Below are positions 57,128 to 64,000 of a DNA stretch of 64,000 nucleotides, piece by piece (position 1 is the stretch's first letter; each line of letters begins with the position of its first letter). A program made the translations under genes and the position numbers. The notes below the pieces were generated by a model that ran no database searches, was not told the DNA's origin, and worked only from the letters and a program-made list of their open reading frames with translations. The stretch is from an uncultured Acidobacteriaceae bacterium (GTDB lineage: Bacteria; Acidobacteriota; Terriglobia; Terriglobales; Acidobacteriaceae), in the NCBI GenBank assembly GCA_963767705.1, contig CAVYEO010000002.1, forward strand, positions 1,404,353 to 1,468,352, in the 5' to 3' direction.

Positions 57128-58857
57128 GCGCTCAACCCCGCAATCATGGTCAGAATACGGTCGGTGACGACCTTGAGGTCCGCGTCGATCTCCGCAAGCT
57201 CCCGTGGCGGCTTGAAGACATAGAAGTGCCGGTTGAACGGGATCTCATACCCTACCTTCGTCTTCTCATGATCGATCCAAGCGTCCGGCGCGTGAGGCAG
57301 CACCTCGCGCTCGAAGTAAACCTCCACATCCTCACTGAGCGGAACATTCTCGGTGTCGCGGAGGTCGGCATCGGGCATCGGCTTTCCCTTCATCTTGCCC
57401 TTGGTGCCGAGTACAACCTTGCCCTCAGCGTCGCGCAAGGGCCGCTCAACCGTGATCGTCCGATAGCCAAAGCTCTCGTTCGGGAAGATGAGCGAGATCG
57501 GCACACCGTCGCGCCGAACCTCCTTGAACTCGCAAAAGATGCGTGTGATCTCGTCGATGTGCTCCGGGCTGAGCTCCTTGCGCTTGTCGCCCAGGCTCTT
57601 CCGCATCCGCTGCCAGAAGCTGGAGGCGTCAATCAACTGCAGCTTGCCCTTGCGGTGCGGCAGCTTGTGGTTCGTCACAACCCACAGGTAGGTCGAGATG
57701 CCGGTGTTGTAGAACATCTCCGTGGGTAGCGCGACGATGGCCTCTACGAGGTCGCACTCCAATAGGTACTGCCGGATGTTGCTCTCACCTGAACCGGCCC
57801 CGCCCGTAAACAGCGGCGAACCGTTCTGGACGATGCAGAACCGCGCCCCGCCATCGGCAAGCGGGCGCATCTTTTTGACCAGGTGCAGCATGAAGAGTAG
57901 CGAACCATCCGAGATGCGAGGAAGTCCCGGCCCAAAGCGCCCATTGAAGCCCTGCTCCTCGTACTCCTTGCGGACGGCCTTCTCTGACTGCTTCCATTCG
58001 ACGCCGAACGGCGGATTGGAAAGCATGTAGTCGAACACCTGATGTGCGTGGCCGTCGTTGGCGAGCGTGTCACCTGGCTTGATGTTCGCCACGTCCTGCC
58101 CCTTGATGAGCATGTCGGCTTTGCAGATGGCGTAGGACTCATCATTCAACTCTTGGCCGGATACAGTCAGCCGCGCCTTCGGGTTGTGCTCATGCACCCA
58201 TTCGCCTGCCACAGAGAGCATTCCGCCCGTGCCGGCTGTCGGGTCATAGATCGTCCTGACGACGCCGGGTTTGGAAAGAACATCGTCATCCTCGGCAAAG
58301 ATGAGGTTGACCATGAGGCGAATGACCTCGCGGGGAGTGAAGTGCTCGCCGGCGGTTTCATTGGAGAGTTCCGCAAACTTGCGGATCAGCTCCTCGAAGA
58401 TGGTGCCCATGTCCGCATTGCTGACCTTGTCCGGGTGCAGGTCGATCTTGCTGAACTTTTCGGTGACAAGGTAGAGCAGGTCGGCGTTGGCGAGCCGGTC
58501 GATCTGCGCCTCCAGCTTGAAGCGGGAGAAGATGTCTTTGACGTTGGGCGAAAAGCCATGGAGGTACGCCGCAAGGTTCATGGCGACGTTATCCTGATCG
58601 CCAACGATGGCCTTCAAGTCCATCGGCGAAGTGTTGTAGAAGGTGCTGCCGGACGCCCGAGTCAGATAGTGATTGACGCCGTCCCCAGAGACATCGCGCT
58701 TGGCAGCCTCCTTCAGAACAGCTTGCTTCGTCGGCTCCAGGACACAGTCCATCCGGCGCAGAACTGTAAACGGCAGAATCACTTGGCCGTACTCATGGGG
58801 CTTGTACTTGCCACGCAGCAAGTCCGCCACTGACCAGATGAAAGAGGAAAGATTCAT
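57124..58857 (-). CDS. hsdM: Type I R-M N6-adenine DNA methyltransferase subunit (HsdM)
   Basis: The N-terminal HsdM_N pattern (IWSVADLLRG...EYGQVILPFTVLRRMD), the AdoMet motif IYDPTAGTGGML and the catalytic LSNPPFG are present. Confidence 0.92.
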   Translation of the reverse strand: MNLSSFIWSVADLLRGKYKPHEYGQVILPFTVLRRMDCVLEPTKQAVLKEAAKRDVSGDGVNHYLTRASGSTFYNTSPMDLKAIVGDQDNVAMNLAAYLHGFSPNVKDIFSRFKLEAQIDRLANADLLYLVTEKFSKIDLHPDKVSNADMGTIFEELIRKFAELSNETAGEHFTPREVIRLMVNLIFAEDDDVLSKPGVVRTIYDPTAGTGGMLSVAGEWVHEHNPKARLTVSGQELNDESYAICKADMLIKGQDVANIKPGDTLANDGHAHQVFDYMLSNPPFGVEWKQSEKAVRKEYEEQGFNGRFGPGLPRISDGSLLFMLHLVKKMRPLADGGARFCIVQNGSPLFTGGAGSGESNIRQYLLECDLVEAIVALPTEMFYNTGISTYLWVVTNHKLPHRKGKLQLIDASSFWQRMRKSLGDKRKELSPEHIDEITRIFCEFKEVRRDGVPISLIFPNESFGYRTITVERPLRDAEGKVVLGTKGKMKGKPMPDADLRDTENVPLSEDVEVYFEREVLPHAPDAWIDHEKTKVGYEIPFNRHFYVFKPPRELAEIDADLKVVTDRILTMIAGLSA

Positions 58858-58894
58858 CCTCGAATGTTATCGCGTTAAGCCATGACCGCGTCAC

Positions 58895-59273
58895 GTGCCA
58901 GTCGCACTCGGCCATGCCGTTCGCGGGAATGTCTGGGACGCGTTTCTCCCGCCGCGTGTCCTATTCTCTGGACTGCCAGAGCGCAAGTGGCTGTTCTATA
59001 GCACACGCAAAGATCGTGTATCTACACGACAGCCACCGGAGGGCTGTCTGGCACTCCAACCGGCACACCTTCTGCTCATGGCTGGCGATGGCAGGTGCGT
59101 CGATCAAAGAGATTCAGGAACTCGCGGGACACAAGACGATCACGATGTCTGCCCGGCTTTGGCCGGAGCACTGGTTGTCTGTTATCGATCGAATCGCCTC
59201 AAGCACCCAGCAAGTGATGACTTTGATTGAGCCATCATCAATGGAACGTCAAGACAAGCCGAATTATCGGTAA
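58895..59273 (+). pseudogene. Relic of a second tyrosine integrase (C-terminal about 120 codons, frameshifted, catalytic Tyr codons missing)
   Basis: NRHTFCSWLAMAGASIKEIQELAGHKTITMSAR-LWPEHWLSVID aligns by eye with HTLRHTFVSRLVVAGVHLKQVQELAGHKTIQMTARYAHLAPEHQLSAVE of the 29647 integrase. The YAH codons are absent, and the upstream part is readable only in another frame. Confidence 0.65.
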
Positions 59274-59448
59274 CGATCACCACAACAGATTGTGCTTGCA
59301 CGGCCTTCTCTGATGATGTGTTGCCTCGCTTATTCGGCCTTGGGAACACCTGCCGATTGGAAAGAAGCTGTTGTTACGACTACGATGGCAACGCCTGAAG
59401 TTCTAAACTTTCGTAAGAGCCCAGCCAAAGGGTCAAGTGAGAGGTTGT

Positions 59449-62106
59449 GTGAAAATCTTTCTTAGCTCGACGTTTCTTGATCTCGCTGAGGACCGGCAAG
59501 CCGTCTTAGAGGCACTTCGGCGCAGACGCGCTTCCACGCTTGCGATGGAGGATTTTCTAGCTACGCCCACGACGCCCGCTGAGACAGCATTGGAAAATCT
59601 GCGGAACTCCGACGTGATGATTCTGGTGATCGGGTTCAAGGCTGGCAGCCTGTTGTCCGATGGCACGGGCCGAACTTACACGTGGGCTGAATATGAAGAG
59701 CTGCTGCGTTTAGGAAAAGAAGCGCTGGTTTTCGTCAAAAGGGACCGAGGGTGGTTGAGGAAAAGAGCGGCGTGGAAGAATAAGGAAAAGAGTCCCGAGA
59801 GGAGGAAGGCGCTCAAAGATTTCCTCGACATGGTCGGGAAGAAGTACACGTATGACACCTACGAAACTCCGGATCAACTCGCCTTACACGTAATCCAATC
59901 GCTTGATCGCTGGGAAGCAAAGGGTCGTCCCGGCGCGAGAAAGACGTTTGCCTCGATCGAGGATTACTTCGCCGGCAAGAACCCTGCCGGCCACTTCCAG
60001 TTGCTTGACTTCGGCACGACACTTTTGGGTCGTGACAAGGAGTTCGAGGCACTCGACGAATTTCTTGGTGATGCCGCGAAACGCGTGGCGATTGTCAGTG
60101 GTCGTGGCGGGATCGGAAAGAGCAAGCTGCTTTACGACTGGGCTCGACACCATGAAGCGGATTCTCTGTTTCTCAAAGACCAGCCTTTCTGGCACGAGGA
60201 TTCCGAGAAAGAAATCCCTGTCGATTGCAAGGTATTGATCGTGGATGATGCGCACCGGCTTGAATCGCTCGGAAACGTTCTACAGCTTCTTCGCGATACA
60301 GCCAAGCATCGTTCGCTGAAACTGCTGCTTTCGACTCGTCCCGGCAGCAGTGCGCGGTTGGCTCAATCGCTTTACCAGCATCTGGACTCGGCGCTTATCG
60401 TTCAATTTCCTGAACTGAAGGAGCTCACGCGTGATGAGAGCCGCGCGCTCGCGGAACAGGTGCTCGGGTCTGAGTTTCAGACGTATGCCGCTCACCTTGC
60501 GGAGATCGGCAGCAACAGTCCCTTAGTGATTGTTGCTGGGGGAAGGCTCATCGCAACCCGCCGTATCAACCCTGCGTCGTTGACCGCGTTGGACGAGTTC
60601 CGCGCGGCCATCTTCCATCGCTTGCTGAACGAGATGGATTTGACGGGACCACGCTTCGCGATCAATCCGCCTCGGCCGGTTCTTGAGCTGATAGCAATTT
60701 TCGGGCCTGTCGATGTGGAGCGGCTGGACTTTCAAGAGTCAGCTCGGCAGTTGCTGCAACGGCCGGTGGACGAGATCCTTTCCACCATTGATGCGTTAGC
60801 AGCTACCGGAATCGTCATTCCGCGTCCGAAACCTGTGCGCGTCATTCCCGACGTGCTCTCGGATTGGCTAGTGGAAGACCGCTGCATTGGACCGGGTGGA
60901 CGGACTACCCACTATGCGGATCGGGTCTACGACACGTTTGGGGCACACTCGCTTAAAAGCCTGATGCGAAACCTTGCGGAGCTTGATTGGCGGAAGGGAC
61001 AAGCCGGAGAAACGGGGCTAAACCTTCTGGATACCATCTGGGCCGACATACACACCCGCTTCCGCAATGGGGACGAATATGCGAGGCACAGTATTTTGGG
61101 CGAACTTGAGCCTGCGGCGATATATCAACCGGTTCAGGTGCTGGGACTCATCAGAACGGCGATTGATGCACCAGTGGTCCTGGAAGAAGGGGGAGACGGT
61201 AGCGGCTACCGACTAGGGCAGTCCTACCTCGTGACTGCGTTACCTGGACTGTTGGAAGGAACGGCATACCACCCTGAACATATCCGCGAGTCTGTTGGGC
61301 TTCTCTGGAGACTCGCAAAAGGCGAGCACGACCGGAACAGCACCGGAAGCAGCGCACGGACGGTGTTGAAGCGACTTGCATCCTGGCGGCGTTACACCGA
61401 TGCGGCCTTTAATTTCGCCATGCTCCTCCAAGCAATTCGGCTCATGTCGCGGCCTGACGCCTTCACGGAAGAGTACACGCCATTTGACATCATCCGTCAG
61501 CTTTTGGAAAAGGATGGAGAGTTTACAGAGCGGCAGGACGAAACGACCATGTCGTTCGGGGGCTTTGGCCTCAACTATGCGGCGGTAGGTCCGGTGCGCA
61601 GGAGTGCCCTGGACTACCTCGATTTCGCGCTAGCTGGTGATGGGATTCCCGCGATTCAGTCCATTGCAATCATGGAGAAGCTCCTGCATAACTACCTTAA
61701 CCGTATGGGGCGAGCCTCATCGCCGGAAGAGAAAACCTGGCAAGACGCGGAGCAGGCGCGTTGCATCGACTCGCTCTTAAGCCGTTATGAGGAGCCAGCC
61801 AGCGATGTCCTCAAGGCGAGGATTTTCGACGCCCTGCGGTCGGCGACAGCAATCAGTTGCCCAGACTGGGTTCGAGAGCGTACCTCTGCCGCACTCGAAG
61901 GCCTCGACGTTCCCGACGCGGTCGTGGTCGTTGACGCTATTAGCACGGCGGATCATGAGCTCCCGTTTGTATCAACTGAATTCTCGGAACCACGGTGGGA
62001 GAGCGCGATCACAGATGTGATGGCGAAAGGGCGGTTCAGCCTGGAGCGACTGGTCGAAGGCTCTGGAAATCAAGCTCGCTTCACCTTAGAGAAGACGAAG
62101 GCGTGA
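59449..62106 (+). CDS. STAND-type P-loop NTPase with an N-terminal DUF4062-like (TIR-like fold) domain and a long helical C-terminal region
   Basis: VKIFLSSTFLDLAEDRQAVLEAL...SDVMILVIGFKAG...ALVFVK is the DUF4062 signature. Walker A is GRGGIGKSKL (about 60100-60129) and Walker B is KVLIVDDAH (about 60229-60255). LKLLLSTRP is like the NB-ARC hhhTTR motif. About 580 aa of helical repeats follow. The start is GTG 59449 (GAGG 4 nt upstream) or GTG 59437. Confidence 0.8.
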   Translation: MKIFLSSTFLDLAEDRQAVLEALRRRRASTLAMEDFLATPTTPAETALENLRNSDVMILVIGFKAGSLLSDGTGRTYTWAEYEELLRLGKEALVFVKRDRGWLRKRAAWKNKEKSPERRKALKDFLDMVGKKYTYDTYETPDQLALHVIQSLDRWEAKGRPGARKTFASIEDYFAGKNPAGHFQLLDFGTTLLGRDKEFEALDEFLGDAAKRVAIVSGRGGIGKSKLLYDWARHHEADSLFLKDQPFWHEDSEKEIPVDCKVLIVDDAHRLESLGNVLQLLRDTAKHRSLKLLLSTRPGSSARLAQSLYQHLDSALIVQFPELKELTRDESRALAEQVLGSEFQTYAAHLAEIGSNSPLVIVAGGRLIATRRINPASLTALDEFRAAIFHRLLNEMDLTGPRFAINPPRPVLELIAIFGPVDVERLDFQESARQLLQRPVDEILSTIDALAATGIVIPRPKPVRVIPDVLSDWLVEDRCIGPGGRTTHYADRVYDTFGAHSLKSLMRNLAELDWRKGQAGETGLNLLDTIWADIHTRFRNGDEYARHSILGELEPAAIYQPVQVLGLIRTAIDAPVVLEEGGDGSGYRLGQSYLVTALPGLLEGTAYHPEHIRESVGLLWRLAKGEHDRNSTGSSARTVLKRLASWRRYTDAAFNFAMLLQAIRLMSRPDAFTEEYTPFDIIRQLLEKDGEFTERQDETTMSFGGFGLNYAAVGPVRRSALDYLDFALAGDGIPAIQSIAIMEKLLHNYLNRMGRASSPEEKTWQDAEQARCIDSLLSRYEEPASDVLKARIFDALRSATAISCPDWVRERTSAALEGLDVPDAVVVVDAISTADHELPFVSTEFSEPRWESAITDVMAKGRFSLERLVEGSGNQARFTLEKTKA

Positions 62107-62118
62107 CTTGCCGTCGGA

Positions 62119-63321
62119 GTGGCGACCGGAGGGTTCCGTCGGTTCATGCTCACCTTCGTGGATCGGCCAGACTTCCTGGAGGTGATGGCGGACGACATCA
62201 TTCGCGATGAAGAAATCAAGCATCTGTCCGGTCAACTTGCCTCGGTGCTGAACGCCATACACACAAGCCGACCGGAAGTCTTCCGCCGGCGAGCACTCGC
62301 GGCTATCGACGCAGGCGCCAGCGAAGTGATACACGCTGCCGCGAATAACTTGCGGGTCTTCTCAGGCGCAACCAAGGAAGACATAGCGGTGATTCAGGCT
62401 TACGCCGGATATGCCGATCCAGTAGCGAAGTTGGGAGCTATTTTTGCGATCACATATATGGGCAAGTTCACCGACCTTTTGCCCTCACTCAAAGAAGCTG
62501 TACTGAGCGTCCACACAGAGGGCAACAATCGGGTCGCGGCGGAACTAGCGGATGCGTTCGGTCCTTATGGTGTTCCTTTGACCCATCTGACGCATGGCGA
62601 AGCGGCGGGACTGGTGAAGGAGTTTGCGCTTGTTCGGGACTGGGATTTCGACCAAGGGGCTATACCTCGCTTCCTCAATCATTTCGTCAGACTGTTTCCT
62701 GATGAGATGTTTGAAGTTCTCACAGAGCGCATCGAAAGCAACTCGGCGGCGCGCACAGCCAACCTGCCGGGGTTACGATCTTTCGGACTTGTTCATGGGA
62801 ACGTTTCCTTCAGCAGTGTTCCGGCGGAAAAACGGATCGAGCTCGCAGTAAAAGTGCTTCGCCAAGCCCTCACGCCCGGGGCAGGTGAAGAAGCTTCTGA
62901 TCTCTTCTGGGATGTTGCAGGAATCGACGATAGTGCGTTCGATCTCATCCTACGGGAAGCACCAGGAATTTCAGAGGATTCGCTAAAGCAGCTCGTGGCA
63001 TTGCTCGATAAGGCAGCGCCGCGTCTCGCTTTCAACAAGCTACAGTTCGTAAAAGACCTCTTGAGGTTGTTCCACTGCGCGGCGCGGCAAAAGGTAATCG
63101 ACATTATCGCCTATCAGAGTTATCGGCGCGGAGGCGGGGCTTTTGCCGGTGATCCAAGAGAGATGATGGCAAAGGAGCAGCAGAGTTTTCGAGATGCGGT
63201 AGGCGCGCTGCAGAAGACCCCGAACTGGATGACCTTTTATTGGCGATGCGTGGCTTTCTCTGACCACTCGAGAGGCCCTGGCAGAGCGCAGGGAAATCAG
63301 TTCGCGCGTCGCGAACTTTAG
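62119..63321 (+). CDS. All-helical (HEAT/ARM-like?) hypothetical protein, operon partner of the STAND NTPase
   Basis: 400-aa ORF starting 12 nt after the NTPase stop (GTG 62119; alternative ATG 62146). The composition is helical repeats with no catalytic motif recognised. The last roughly 30 codons look compositionally odd, so the true C-terminus is uncertain. Confidence 0.55.
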   Translation: MATGGFRRFMLTFVDRPDFLEVMADDIIRDEEIKHLSGQLASVLNAIHTSRPEVFRRRALAAIDAGASEVIHAAANNLRVFSGATKEDIAVIQAYAGYADPVAKLGAIFAITYMGKFTDLLPSLKEAVLSVHTEGNNRVAAELADAFGPYGVPLTHLTHGEAAGLVKEFALVRDWDFDQGAIPRFLNHFVRLFPDEMFEVLTERIESNSAARTANLPGLRSFGLVHGNVSFSSVPAEKRIELAVKVLRQALTPGAGEEASDLFWDVAGIDDSAFDLILREAPGISEDSLKQLVALLDKAAPRLAFNKLQFVKDLLRLFHCAARQKVIDIIAYQSYRRGGGAFAGDPREMMAKEQQSFRDAVGALQKTPNWMTFYWRCVAFSDHSRGPGRAQGNQFARREL

Positions 63322-63408
63322 GGCCGGATCGGTGCTTCGGCTTCGTCTTCAGAATCCAGCCGCCACGCTGCCGCCGAACCGCCCCAGAGCCCTAGAAAGT
63401 AGAAAACT

Positions 63409-63432
63409 AACAGCCACCAAAACAGCCACCAA
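63409..63432. repeat. Exact tandem 12-mer AACAGCCACCAA x2 at the right island end
   Basis: Read directly. The segment ctAACAGCCACCAaAACAGCCACcaag matches, in inverted orientation, ccAACAGCCACCAgAACAGCCACtaaa on the minus strand at 29672-29694. Confidence 0.85.
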
Positions 63433-63488
63433 GCAAAGTGACGTCTCGCTATCGAGAGGTCACTCTGGCTATAAGCATTAAATCTTAG

Positions 63489-63575
63489 TGCCGGGAGGGG
63501 GCGAACCCCCACGAGGTTGCCCTCGGCGATTTTTAGTCCGCCCGTTCGTCTCGCCCTAACCCATCGACTCAATAC
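63489..63575 (-). other. tRNA-like relic (type II tRNA-like variable arm and T-arm remnants), not a functional tRNA
   Basis: The minus strand reads ...GGCGGACTAAAAATCGCC-GAGGGCAACCTC-GTGGGGGTTCGCCCCCTCCCGGCAC. It has a variable-arm-like hairpin and a GGGGG/CCCCC T-stem with a shortened loop. There is no matching 5' acceptor strand and no CCA. Confidence 0.3.
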
Positions 63576-64000
63576 AGTCTTGATCGTCGTTACGCACATT
63601 GCCAACCGTTCTGTCCACCTTCCAAGCCATCATTCCGTGGGCTGAGTACGCTCCCTTGCACGAGAGTAAGCCGTGCTCTTTGCCCTCCAGTGCTGCTGCC
63701 ATGTGGCGTACCAGCAGCACTGGAGTGATTACCTGCTACGCTTGCCGCGCTGCTCGCCGCTCCAGCGCTGCACCTCCCGCAGCCGCTGCGCGCCTGACAC
63801 CAACCATGTCCGGAATCCCTACCAACCCTGCCAAAAATATCCGGATCGCTAAAACGCTCAGATCCAGATGAGAGCTATTTCAACAGGCTCCTAACGCGCC
63901 GATCAGATTGGCGTATATCTGGAGGACAAACACCTTGACCACTGCGAAAAAGGGGCGTAAGGGTTCAACCGGGACATATTCTTCACCTTCCCTTCTGACA

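Larger units (their letters stand above)
29602..63432. mobile_element. tRNA-Met-associated integrated genomic island (about 34 kb), heavily decayed, with defence-type cargo
   Basis: It starts immediately 3' of the tRNA, with an integrase gene 46 nt away in the opposite orientation. It contains Xis-type HTH genes, recombinases, an IS fragment, R-M genes and many frameshifted genes. AACAGCCAC repeats lie in inverted orientation near both ends. The right boundary is approximate. Confidence 0.6.

Noticed and set aside
29647-59273. All island frameshifts explained as sequencing or assembly errors.
   Set aside because: This cannot be excluded without reads, but it was not adopted as the default. 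The roughly 29 kb of core genes and several long island genes are error-free, hsdR alone needs about eight corrections, and several broken genes are also truncated or rearranged.
29672-63432. A CRISPR array or other multi-copy spaced repeat.
   Set aside because: The only short direct repeats are 2-3 copies of a 9-12-mer at the island ends and a single 30-bp duplication in the NYN gene. No repeat-spacer periodicity of 28-37 nt was seen anywhere in the window.
63489-63575. A functional tRNA (Leu/Ser type) on the minus strand at the right island end.
   Set aside because: There is no 5' acceptor strand complementary to the 3' end and no CCA. The anticodon stem needs a bulge, and the T-loop is 3 nt short and lacks the conserved A58 position. 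It is kept only as a relic.

Overview
This is a 64-kb window from a high-GC bacterial chromosome. The gene content looks like a soil Acidobacteriota-type genome, but that is inference and no searches were possible.

**Core region (nt 1-29,525).** These are ordinary core genes, nearly all with intact reading frames:
- an AI-2E permease (3' part), a MerR/TPR protein and tRNA-Thr
- an AmiC-like amidase, a NYN-domain protein, alaS, an outer-membrane barrel and recX
- an S9 peptidase, a metallophosphoesterase and a Phd/VapC toxin-antitoxin pair
- an FkbH-ACP-SGNH-MBOAT acylation cluster
- zwf, a molybdopterin oxidoreductase large subunit, a HI0933-type flavoprotein and a secreted glycosidase-like protein

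**Accessory island (about 29,602-63,432).** A roughly 34-kb island starts directly after tRNA-Met(CAU) at 29526-29601. It contains:
- a frameshifted tyrosine integrase and Xis-type HTH genes
- two 2.5-kb, about 99% identical inverted repeats, each encoding an HTH, an RHH protein and a serine recombinase; they bracket a 6.6-kb lower-GC segment full of gene wreckage (a GMC oxidoreductase pseudogene and a permuted IS1595 transposase)
- a frameshifted pair of about 1127-codon genes (secretin-like, then a polytopic patatin-like lipase)
- a Type I R-M operon in which hsdM, a PDDEXK gene and hsdS are intact but hsdR is shattered
- a second integrase relic
- an intact two-gene cassette: a DUF4062-like STAND NTPase plus a helical partner

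**Best candidates for something undescribed:**
- the STAND cassette
- the secretin-like/patatin pair
- the twin-recombinase inverted-repeat structure with 28-bp palindromic sites

No rRNA genes or CRISPR arrays were seen. All family assignments come from motif recognition by eye and need HMM or structure confirmation.
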